From Octopus bimaculoides (lineage: Eukaryota), in contig NC_068993.1 in assembly GCF_001194135.2 (NCBI RefSeq), positions 13,744,188 to 13,780,541 of the forward strand: 36,354 nucleotides of DNA. Reading direction: 5' to 3'. Under the pieces are notes generated by a model. It saw only the letters and a list, made by a program, of their open reading frames with translations, did not search any database and had not been told where the DNA came from. Below are positions 1 through 10,276 of this stretch, in pieces; the first letter of the stretch is position 1, and each line of letters opens with the position of its first letter. Made by a program: the position numbers and the translations under genes.

Positions 1-38
<38 letters not shown>

Positions 39-249
39 TGTGTGTGTGTGTGTTTATGTATGTATGATTGTGTATGTATGCATGTATATATACGTACGCA
101 CAAGTCTACTCTATATTCTATAATGAAAACTCTTTCTGCTTACAATAGTTTTAATCATTCAAAGGTGGACAACCCAGAAAATATAGCATATGAAACATGC
201 AAACATTCATGCATACATACTTGCACATGCTTACATACACACAACATGG

Positions 250-546
250 TAGTCATGCCATTGACCAGATGATTGGCTGATGTTATACATCATTTGTCAA
301 TGTATTTCGCACTGTTTTACTCTACGAATGGTGTCACCCTGTTGGGTAGGCGAGCAAGTAAACATCACCCTTGATCAGAAGCATATTCCTTCATAGGGTT
401 ACCTCATTACCGCTGAGTGGATTGGAGCAGCAAGGAGTAAAGTGATTTGCACAGAAGAACACAACGCGTCGCTATATCAAGGAATGAAACTCACGATGAA
501 GCAATTGCGACTGTAGCACCCTAACCACTAGAGCACGCGCCGTCAT
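250..546 (-). mobile_element. tRNA-derived SINE, family 1 (CORE-like centre), degenerate
   Basis: Reverse complement starts GGCGCGTGCTCTAGTGGTTAGGGTG...CGTGAGTTTCATTCC (pol III A/B-box-like). It continues GCGTTGTGTTC..TGCAAATCACTTTACTC..GCTCCAATCCACTCAGCGG, which aligns by eye with the copy at 32270-32360. Boundaries approximate. Confidence 0.7.
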
Positions 547-561
547 CTGTGCATACATGCT

Positions 562-633
562 TACGGTGGGGTACTGAAAAGTTCCTGTATGTTCATTTAC
601 CCAAAGCCAGGAACTTTTCAGCACTCCCTCATA
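562..633. mobile_element. 72-bp Tc1/mariner-type MITE (TIR-only remnant) with TA at both ends
   Basis: Left arm TACGGTGGGGTACTGAAAAGTTCCTG (562-587) versus reverse complement of right arm TATGAGGGAGTGCTGAAAAGTTCCTG (608-633): 21/26 identical, with a perfect 14-bp core CTGAAAAGTTCCTG and a 20-bp spacer. Sits in a TACA-repeat context. Confidence 0.7.
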
Positions 634-1271
634 TACATACATACATACATACTTACATAGGCATATACATACATACATACATACATAGGCACATGCATGC
701 GCACATCCATCTAGCAATAGGTCAATTGATAGGTCAACTTTCGATACAATAATCTATTATTATTTTATGCTAACTTGAGATACAAAGGTAATGGTAGATG
801 ACAATAAATCAATGAAAAATATCTTATTTATTAGCTAACAACACCGGAAACATATCGGTGACAACATATTTCCTCCACTGTAACAACATCACATCGTAGT
901 ACAGAGAAGAAACAAAACGTCATGAGACTCAGTAACAGAGCTTCCTTAGTGTCATTTATAAGGTTACAAGTCTCAGCCTAGAATCGATCTCAAACCGTAA
1001 ACGTCTTAAAATAAATACGAGATATATTGACTAAGGTAATTCTAGCTTGCATTATTCTGGCCATCTAAATAAGATTGGAATATCAAGGTTGGGTTACTTC
1101 GGACCATTAGTTTTACGATATCGTCTGAACGACAATGGCCGCAAAAAGAGGCCCCGGTTTGAACTCGTGACCAATAAAAGAAACACTAATATTGTTTTCA
1201 GTCAGATTTGTCGTAACTCAGGTACTCACTCGTACAAGAACACACACAAAAGCATATATAGAGAGGCATAA

Positions 1272-1274
1272 ATG

Positions 1275-1340
<66 letters not shown>

Positions 1341-1390
1341 AATCTATCTATCTGTCTATCTATCTATCTGTCTGACTGTCTATCTATCTG
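1272..1390. repeat. (TCTA)n tetranucleotide microsatellite
   Basis: Direct reading: TCTA repeats degrading to TCTG. Confidence 0.95.
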
Positions 1391-1679
1391 TTTATGTACA
1401 TGATAAATGTATGTGTGTGTGAGTGTGAGTGTCTGTGAGTGTGCGCGTGCGCGTGTGCGTATATGAATGTATGTATGTATGCGTGTATGTATGCATGCAT
1501 GTATGACAATTACAAAATACCAATCAATAAAGATAATGAAGTAGTGAATAAATCAGTATAATTCGGCTGTCAGCTTATAATGCAGACAATACTCCTCCCA
1601 CCGATACCTATGTATTTCTAAGACAACAACAACAAGAGCAGCAACAACAATATAATGTCTTAATCATTCACCGTACAAA

Positions 1680-1723
1680 CATACGTATATACACACACAC
1701 ACACATACGCACACACACACACT

Positions 1724-1780
<57 letters not shown>

Positions 1781-1859
1781 TCATGTCTGTATAAAGATAT
1801 ACACATATACGTGTACATATATATAGGTATATACTAACAGGAATATATATATATATTTA

Positions 1860-1915
<56 letters not shown>

Positions 1916-1971
1916 TATAGATAGATATAGATAGATAGATAGATAGATAGATGTAGATAGATTGATATATA

Positions 1972-2059
<88 letters not shown>

Positions 2060-2115
2060 TAGATAGATAGATAGATAGATAGATGGATATATATAGATAT
2101 AGATAGGTATGTATA
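1680..2115. repeat. Compound (CA)n/(TACA)n/(TG)n/(TA)n/(TAGA)n microsatellite block
   Basis: Direct reading; source of the poly-IY/HT ORFs in the track. Confidence 0.95.
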
Positions 2116-2594
2116 TACATGTATGTAGGTGTGTATGTGAGAGTGTCTGAATGACTCAACACCAAGCGGAGACCATACGACCTTGTTGTATCGATCAAGA
2201 AGACAAAGAACACCGTGAAGAATAAAAAAATCGATACGAGTCATTAATCTCCAGTGCAAGCTTCACGCGTTCTCTATTAATGCACACCATCGCGTTATCT
2301 CTCTTACCATCTCTACGTCTATGACAAGCTCTCGCTTTCACTCAGTTACTTAATACCTTGCTCACACATACATTTAATCTCTCATTCATACTCTCTCATT
2401 ATCTATCGCTGTCTCTCACTATCTCTCACTATCTCTCTCTCTCTCTCTCTCTCCACTCTATGTTTCTCTCAATACCGCTTTCTCTCTTTCTGCGTTTTTC
2501 TTCTCTCGTTCTCTCTTGCTTTCTGTGATCTAAGTATTTTAGTTGCTTACAGTCTGTATCATGTTACTATCATCAGAAAAGATCGTCTTCGTGA

Positions 2595-2621
2595 TCGTCA
2601 TCATTATCATCATCATCATAG

Positions 2622-2664
<43 letters not shown>

Positions 2665-2750
2665 TATTACTGCGTCCATCTTACATCAAAGTATAATACG
2701 ACCACAACTAACCAAGTCGCCACAGAAGAAACATTAACAAATTTCCTTTT

Positions 2751-2822
<72 letters not shown>

Positions 2823-2829
2823 TGTATAC

Positions 2830-2919
<90 letters not shown>

Positions 2920-2945
2920 ATGTTTATATACATATATGTATATGT
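2595..2945. repeat. (CAT)n, then (CA)n/(TA)n microsatellites
   Basis: Direct reading. The right-hand (TA)-rich block abuts the 3' end of the RTE LINE. Confidence 0.9.
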
Positions 2946-2954
2946 AATTTTTTG

Positions 2955-4380
2955 CCACTTCTTCATAGACCATCTCTTCAATTAGTAACTGCCATCATGA
3001 AATCTCATATGACTAGTGAGTTCGTCTCAGGACAAACATATCCTACTGCAGATGTTACAAACATTTTCAGGCAATAATATGTCACTGATTGAAGTCAAGT
3101 CCTGTTTACGAAATCCTCGTTTCAAGACAGAACGTTTGATGCTCCTTGATTCAAATGATTTATAACAATGCCAGATCAATGCTTTGGAAACTGATCGATT
3201 TTCCGCATTCTGCTCCTAATTTTCAATATCTACACTAAGGGCTTTGAGGTTGTTTTTGATGACATCGCTAAAACTGTTCTTACATCTACACCTAACGTTT
3301 ACTACGTTGCAACTTTCTGAAAAAAAAAATATAGGTAACCCCCTCATCGTCCATTACAGTAATATGCCCAGCCCAACGTATCTGACTGCGTATGTGAATC
3401 ATCTCAATTTGTGTCATCAATTGCTTAAGCTCCCCATAACGCAAGTTTGGTGGAATATTTCCAGAGCCTGAAAATGAGGTCGCTATGAAGTCCATGTCAC
3501 AGTAGAGTGTAAAAGGGCAGTTAAAACACAGGATTGACTGATACTGAGGTTTTGATGGTTATATCCCTGTCACATGACAAACGATTTATTTCCAAGGCTA
3601 ACTGAGGTGCATCAGGATTTTTCGATTCTCAGATTTATTTCACAATCACATGGTTCATCTCTAGAGAAACTGCTGCCAAGGTATACGAAAGAGTCAATCG
3701 CATCCAAAATTGTACCCTGACAAAGATGTTGGGATTGATGTAGGACTAGTCTCGAGGTCGAAAAGCCTCGAGGTCTGGAGAAGAGATGATTTCTTGTCTG
3801 CATGTCTTCTTCAGTGTGAGTGGACGAGATGCACAACGTGAGTATAAAGTCATTCGCAAAAAACGGGTCAGGAAATCTTTGATTTTGCATTTATCGAAAG
3901 CATAACCGTGTTTCTGAAGCGAATGTAGATGTTCATGTAGCAATCCTGAAATGCGTACAAAACAGTTCCAGCAAAATATATGACAGAACTTGTTGGAGCA
4001 GGAATATCACCTTTTTAATCGCTTATTCAATGGACGTTGATTCCAAGACTAAACTGTCGAAGTAAAACGAGATTTCATCACACGATGGAGTTGGTGAAAG
4101 AAATTGGTAAACTGAGGTGAACCACGAAATTTACTCGAGACTAGTATAGCGAGCGTTCCTATTAACAGTGTCGAAAGCTTAAATTGGCAAAGAGCTGGCA
4201 AAGAGCTACGAGGTGTTCTATAAATCTCTCCTGGCATTGACAAACCGGAAAATGTATCACGCTCATTCTACCATGACTTGATCTAAAATCACATGCACTT
4301 GTAGGGATAACAGAGGCAATATACATATTGTTAGGCGATTAAGTTAGAGATTTGAAAGGGATCATCCCTACATTTGAATG
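2955..4380 (-). mobile_element. RTE-clade LINE, 5'-truncated and degenerate (RT domain to C-terminal zinc-finger-like motif and 3' end)
   Basis: Minus-strand translation across frameshifts gives these motifs in canonical RTE order: NRL..YIASVIPTSACDFRSSHG (PESQCGFRS-like), QLFANL.AFDTVNR, FANDF...HTEEDMQ (degraded FADD), DSFVYLGSSFSRDEPCDCEINLRIEKS, CVLTALLHSTVTW (LLYxxETW), [44 protein letters not shown], then a stop at 2982-2984. Many stops and frameshifts. Confidence 0.92.
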
Positions 4381-5958
4381 GTAATTCAGATGAAGATTAA
4401 GGTCCAAATAATTGTCTGGTTAAGTAATATAGAATTTTAAAGTTCTTAGTGTTGTAAAACTTCTGAATATTTTCGGAAATGTCTGATTATCGCTGGTTTC
4501 TCTTTCTTTTTATTTTGCACTCAAGTGATGGTTTTACTCCTCTCAGAGACTGCAGTAACGAACTTTTAACTTTATCTGGTGCAGTCAGATATCTTTGGTG
4601 TAGCATATTCTTGTATCTTCGAGAAACTTGGAAATATGTGACTCATTTTCATTTAACCACTTCAGGTGTTTTCTATTTCTAAGACCAAGAAAGTGAACTT
4701 TGACTCTTTGGAACATGAATTCAAACTGATCCCAAATTCCGTCAAATAATTATTCAATAACTTTTCGAAGATTCTCATGCACATTGGAGTCATTTAATGT
4801 TAACACGTCAGTAAGTTTAGGGATCATTAATCCCCCAAAAATTATTTAACGCATGATGTGGGCTTTCAATGTACAACATATGTGTTTATGATCTATCCTA
4901 TAATCCGAGGGACGTACGATTCGGACAGTGCAGACAACCCGATGGTCTACTTTCTTAGTGATAACGTAAACGAGAATATTACCATGATTGAATCTTCATT
5001 ATATCCGAGTTAATTCTACAAACATCATTCTAGTGAAAAACGTTGCTGCAAATGGAGAATTTGAATTCAGTGCAGAGCTGAAGAAGGTTAAGACAATCGG
5101 TGTTTATCTTAACTAAATTACGCTTCTCTAGGGCACCCCAGATCTCATGATCAGTGTGGTTGCCTATGATACCGACGAGCCGACCATGGCAACAAGTGTT
5201 TCTAGGTTACATGATACCAGTAGCACTCGAGAACACCCTGACACTGTCACACATAAACAAACAAACACACAAATGTGTGTGTGCTTATGTGTGTATGGTG
5301 TGTATGTCTGTATATACTTGTGAGTCTGTGTGTTGTGTATATGTGCGAGTGTGTGTGTATGCATTTACAAACACATATATACATATATTACGCTCATCAG
5401 AAAGCAGAGCATCATATACACCTTTTCTTGTTAAGGTAAGACGTTGTCGACGTCTTCTTCATCATCGTTATTATCACAATCATCATCATCTAGAGCAATA
5501 TCTGGAAACAAGCGAAACATGCATGTTTCGTCATAATCTTTTGTATTATGTTAGTCTTAGCACTGATAAATATTTTAGCATTCGCAGGTAAGACTTCTTG
5601 TAGATACTTGCTAATCTTCTTTTACATTGCAAACAAATACATACTCCCATTATTTGGCTTCCTTCTGGATGTTCCCGGAATTCTATTGTTTCGGGCATAC
5701 GAAAGTGTCTCATATTGCTTCAATATTTCAGTAGATACCGGCATTCCGTTGTTTGGTATGAGTAAGTAGGAGATTTTGCTGATAACGATCTATTAGTTTT
5801 TGATGATGTTGTGGAGGCTGCAGCAGCTCCCTTCGGTGCGGTTATATATTTATATTTATATATATGTGTGTGTGTATATGTATATGTATATATAGATATA
5901 TTTATATATATGAATTTATCAGTCTATTTATCTATCTTTGTATCTATATTCATATGTG

Positions 5959-6007
<49 letters not shown>

Positions 6008-6633
6008 NNNNNNNNNNNNNNNNNNNNNNNNNNNNNNNNNNNNNNNNNNNNNNNNNNNNNNNNNNNNNNNNNNNNNNNNNNNNNNNNNNNNNNNNNNNNN
6101 NNNNNNNNNNNNNNNNNNNNNNNNNNNNNNNNNNNNNNNNNNNNNNNNNNNNNNNNNNNNNNNNNNNNNNNNNNNNNNNNNNNNNNNNNNNNNNNNNNNN
6201 NNNNNNNNNNNNNNNNNNNNNNNNNNNNNNNNNNNNNNNNNNNNNNNNNNNNNNNNNNNNNNNNNNNNNNNNNNNNNNNNNNNNNNNNNNNNNNNNNNNN
6301 NNNNNNNNNNNNNNNNNNNNNNNNNNNNNNNNNNNNNNNNNNNNNNNNNNNNNNNNNNNNNNNNNNNNNNNNNNNNNNNNNNNNNNNNNNNNNNNNNNNN
6401 NNNNNNNNNNNNNNNNNNNNNNNNNNNNNNNNNNNNNNNNNNNNNNNNNNNNNNNNNNNNNNNNNNNNNNNNNNNNNNNNNNNNNNNNNNNNNNNNNNNN
6501 NNNNNNNNNNNNNNNNNNNNNNNNNNNNNNNNNNNNNNNNNNNNNNNNNNNNNNNNNNNNNNNNNNNNNNNNNNNNNNNNNNNNNNNNNNNNNNNNNNNN
6601 NNNNNNNNNNNNNNNNNNNNNNNNNNNNNNNNN
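6008..6633. other. Assembly gap (N-run)
   Basis: N-run flanked by (TA)n on the left. Confidence 1.
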
Positions 6634-6890
6634 AAATATATATAGACAGAGAGAGAGAGAGAGAGAGTGAGTGAGAGAGAAAGAGTTAATAGCAACAGAA
6701 GCAGTTTTAATATCAAGAGGTAATATCCATACCCACTTAAATGGGAGTGTTGTGTTAGAACACAAAATACTGTGGGTTTTCTTTACTATGAGAGGTATTT
6801 TCATATGGATTTCTGATGTATATAAGCACTCATGCTCATATCGCTAACAGGTGAGAACCATCGTCTATCTCCATGGAGATGGCCAGAATG

Positions 6891-6973
6891 CTGTCTTGAA
6901 TGCTGCTTGTTTTCTCGGCTAGAAGTATCATCATTCAAGGACACAATGTCACTCTTATTGCTTTGATAGATGG
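6891..6973 (+). repeat. 83-bp perfect direct repeat, copy 1 (likely the derived, inserted copy)
   Basis: CTGTCTTGAATGCTGC...GCTTTGATAGATGG is identical to 7327-7409. AGATGGCCAGA occurs at 6877-6887 and 6968-6978. Confidence 0.95.
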
Positions 6974-7326
6974 CCAGATCACGTGATTTAGTGCTTCCTT
7001 GACCAATGCACCACAAATCCGCACAAAAGGTTTTCTCATGTTAAATAACGTAGTATGCTGTCCAATTTTTAGAGAGTGATAAAACCATGGCCATCCCATT
7101 ATGTATCATATAAACGGGTACTATGTAAGAAATTTCTGCGATACCCACGCGGTTGAGAACAATGGTTAATGCTTCTACTCGTTCTCAATGATTGGTATCG
7201 TCCTTCATAACCTCTCATTCGTTAAATATGGCACTGGAAGCAAAACCTCTTCAATGTTTATGCGGATTTATGTTGAATGCTGTAACCACAACATAAGTTC
7301 GATTGATGCATCTGGAAACAGCAACC

Positions 7327-7409
7327 CTGTCTTGAATGCTGCTTGTTTTCTCGGCTAGAAGTATCATCATTCAAGGACACAATGTCACTCTTATTGCTTT
7401 GATAGATGG
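7327..7409 (+). repeat. 83-bp perfect direct repeat, copy 2 (likely donor)
   Basis: Identical to 6891-6973 and 436 bp downstream of it; no flanking duplication here. Confidence 0.95.
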
Positions 7410-7604
7410 TCTTTATTTCCTGAGTTAGTTGGACGGCTTTTGTTCTCGCTAAAACAATACTACCTTTTAGTATCAGCATCGATATTATTGCAGTTGTTGA
7501 TATAATGTTGTTGGTGTTTCTGTAAATGCTATAACTGATGTAATTTTTATTGTTACGAAGTATGATTGCCATCAGCTCCTAACTTTAGCTTCAATGTAGC
7601 GAAA

Positions 7605-7659
7605 CAGCAGCAGCAGCAATAGTGGTGGTAGAAGTAGCAGCTAAAGTAGTAGTGGTTTT

Positions 7660-7712
<53 letters not shown>

Positions 7713-7802
7713 CAGCAGCAGCAGCAACAACGGCTACATTAGTAGCAATAGTTTAGTAGCAATAGTAGTGTTAGAAGTAGAAGTTAAAATAGTAGTGGTA
7801 TT

Positions 7803-7856
<54 letters not shown>

Positions 7857-8060
7857 TGTGGTGGTGGTGGTGGTGGTGGTAGTAGTAGTAACTGCAGCAG
7901 CAACGGCAACAGTAGTAGCAATAGTGGTGGTAGAAGTAGCAGCTAACGTAGTAGTGACATTAGCAGCAGCAGCAGCAGCAGTAGCGGTAGTAGTAGTGGT
8001 AATAGTAGTAGTAGTAGTAGTAGTAGTTGTAGCACTAGAAGCAACATCAGTAGTAGTAGT

Positions 8061-8107
<47 letters not shown>

Positions 8108-8128
8108 TTAGTAGTAGTAGTAGTAGCT
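7605..8128. repeat. Compound (GTA)n/(GCA)n trinucleotide array with three higher-order units of ~150 bp
   Basis: The motif AATAGT(G/A)GTG(G/T)TAGAAGTAG(C/A)AG(C/T)TAA.. followed by (GCA)6-7 recurs near 7618, 7761 and 7920. Confidence 0.9.
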
Positions 8129-8524
8129 GATGTGCGGGTGGAGTCGTTCGCGTAGATTCCTATAGTAACAGCAGTGGTGGTTCTTTTCATAACGCTATTG
8201 AAATCATTCTCTACTAATTCAGAGTGACTCCATCGATCTTCGAAACATCTGTTACCTCTCTCCCACTCCCGCCGATATAAACATCATGTCGCCATCATTC
8301 ATACCCGTTTTATTCCTTAAATTATTTATTTAAATGACATAACTGAATTTTTTTTTTTTTAAGAAACAGAAATAGACGTTAAGGTCGTAATCAGAGAAGA
8401 AACTTACCTGTATGTTGCCATAGTTCCTTCTCAAATGTCGATGAAAATATTGCTTAAAAATCCATTTTCGTACTAAATACATACAACACTCAAGATTCAT
8501 TGGCGATTAAAGCGAATACAGTGA

Positions 8525-8600
8525 TGAGGAAAACTGCAACCACACAGTGCCCCAGCATGGCCACAGCTCATCAGCTGAAACTAGATAAAATGAAAAACTG
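8525..8600 (+). mobile_element. Probable isolated SINE 3' end
   Basis: CAGTGCCCCAGCATGGCCACAGCTCATCAGCTGAAACTAGATAAAATGAAAA resembles an Octopus SINE terminus as I recall it. No second copy in the window to confirm. Confidence 0.35.
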
Positions 8601-8624
8601 AATATGATAATGATTCTGATAATT

Positions 8625-8812
8625 TTAATTTTGGGAAAGGTGGTAAGCCGATCACAGCGATCTCAGTGTTCAAGCGGCACTTATTCTATTGAGCCCAAAA
8701 GCATGAAAGGCAAAGTCGACCTCAGTGTTATTTGAATTCAAAACGTAAAGACGGACGAAATACCGCTAAGCATTTTGCTCTGCTCACTAACAATCTTTTC
8801 AGTTCGCAGCCT
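8625..8812 (-). mobile_element. tRNA-derived SINE, family 2
   Basis: Reverse complement GCGAACTGAAAAGATTGTTAG..AAATGCTTAGCGGTATTTCGTCCGTCTTTACGTTTTGAATTCAAAT..GAGGTCGACTTTGCCTTTCATGC aligns with the copies at 32485-32650 and 10277-10403. Confidence 0.88.
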
Positions 8813-8946
8813 GAGAGATATGACAGGTAGCAGTAATACCAATAATTGTCGGAGCCCTGGGAACTGTGAGAAAAAATCTCGAGAAGTACGTGGAACAATA
8901 ATAAAAAAAAACTCGAGAAGTACATGGAACAAGTACGTGGAACAAA
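8813..8946 (+). mobile_element. RLE-type (R4/Dong-like) non-LTR element, C-terminal fragment A
   Basis: In-frame VAVIPIIVGALGTVRKNLEKYVEQ, the typical post-endonuclease IPxxxGALG motif. Ends in reiterated AAGTAC(G/A)TGGAACAA. Confidence 0.75.
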
Positions 8947-8948
8947 TA

Positions 8949-9115
8949 TTGATTGACATGAGTGTACTATGTGACCATAATATCACGGTAAATAAATTTG
9001 ATAAGCTCATAATATATAAAGATCTGCTAATCGAAATCGAAAAGATGTGGCATCTCAAGACGGTTACAATACAGTGACTGTAGGAGTACATGGAATGATC
9101 AAAGAAGGAACAGAG
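8949..9115 (+). mobile_element. RLE-type (R4/Dong-like) non-LTR element, endonuclease fragment B
   Basis: LIDMSVLCDHNITVNKFDKLIIYKDLLIEIEKMWHLKTVTI, a frameshift, then VTVGVHGMIKEGTE. Matches the IDxxVP...K..KY.DL..EI..MW...IPV.VGALG restriction-like endonuclease pattern. Confidence 0.85.
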
Positions 9116-9299
9116 TGCGAAAGATTGTCTTAACTGGTACGTCACACGTATTGAGAAGAGCATTGTCGCTGTAAATTTTCTTTCCCTTTTCTCCCTTTAT
9201 ATTATTTGATGCTATTTTTTACATTTTTTCCTTTTTTCTCTCTGTCTTTCCATTTCGCTCTATCACACGACTCTCTAAATAAACAATCTGGTGTATTTA

Positions 9300-9614
9300 T
9301 TTTAATATTCTGTTCCTCCGAGCTAAAAGAGGGCAGCGAGGTGATCTTCACAATGGTTCAGCTGATAGCCGGATCCGTCCTACACGCGACAGCAGGTGTT
9401 CGATGTAAACCCACAGGTCTGCAATACTCGTGCACTGGGCTAGGGCATGCAGAACGGTTTTATTGTTCTGGGCGCACCGCAGGCAGGCCCGACTGACGGC
9501 ACTACCGTACCTGTAAAATTTTATCCCGTGCAGGCAGTGCCCCTATGTAGCATCGCCAGTTAAGAGATTTCTGAAAGTTAACTATAGGCCCAGGACGGAG
9601 ATTTCTCCGAAATA
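9300..9614 (-). mobile_element. Tx1/L1-clade non-LTR fragment (zf-RVT zinc knuckle region)
   Basis: Minus strand with frameshifts: FRRNLRPGPIVNFQKSLNWRCY / RALPARDK / YRYGSAVSRACLRCAQNNKTVLHALAQCTSIADLWVYIEHLLSRVGRIRLSAE, i.e. the CxxC..(E)TxxHxLxxC motif after W..(H)RALP. GC-richer than the flanks. Confidence 0.8.
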
Positions 9615-10185
9615 ATAAATGCCCAGATGCAGTACCAGGCAGTGGCTCTCATGGCTTCCACTCTTAACTGATTAGAAGTGTTATGATATACATTGTTTTG
9701 TATGGGTATAAAAGATGGGCTACAGCAAATATTCTGCTCAATACCGCAGATTTGCTTGTCACTTGCATGACCTTAATCAGTTGAGCATGTCCCTTAGTGG
9801 CTGACGATATGAGCATCTTTGATCACGAGCAGAAGTAGTGGTGGAGCCTCATAGCTATGTGTTGAAAGGAATTCTTTGGGGTTTGGATTATTCCCTTTTG
9901 GAAACATGGGTGTTTCATTCAACGTCCTTAAACAACCCTTATTCAGGGACATTTTAAGCGAAATTGGCTACTCGACCGGCAGAAAATTCTAACAGGACCC
10001 CACCTGCAAGGTCATGCGCAGTTAATCTTGATATGAGACCAGTATGTCGTGCATATATGGTTGTGATGGATGTGCCTGGTGTACCCTTATCAGACGGGTA
10101 GTCATGGTGAGTATACTGGGCTTCCTTTATTTTACACCAGTGTCAGTTTGTTAGCATGCGCTGCTCTCTCACTCAATAATGATTA
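9615..10185 (+). mobile_element. Unclassified ~570-bp interspersed-repeat-like element ending in (AAT)n
   Basis: Non-coding in the frames I read and GC-richer than the background. Sharp boundaries: the Tx1 fragment on the left, and CTCTCTCACTC directly followed by (AAT)n on the right. Resembles an abundant Octopus repeat from memory. Strand inferred from the tail. Confidence 0.5.
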
Positions 10186-10205
10186 TAATAATAATGATAA
10201 TAATA

Positions 10206-10276
<71 letters not shown>
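10186..10276. repeat. (AAT)n microsatellite
   Basis: Direct reading; lies between two retroelement 3' ends. Confidence 0.97.

Noticed and set aside
4640-4740. Possible very old SINE-2 copy on the minus strand
   Set aside because: Similarity is too low to align confidently by eye.
7768-8130. 120-aa Val/Ala/Ser ORF and the antisense Thr/Ala mucin-like reading
   Set aside because: Pure GTA/GCA repeat; the antisense frame is broken by a ~14-bp duplication and has no start or splice support.
8403-8473. Perfect minus-strand donor CAG|GTAAGT with upstream ACTATGG (would encode MATY..)
   Set aside because: Isolated signal with a weak acceptor and no recognisable peptide; expected by chance at this scale.
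9206-9496. 96-aa plus-strand ORF
   Set aside because: Antisense of the Tx1 zf-RVT fragment.
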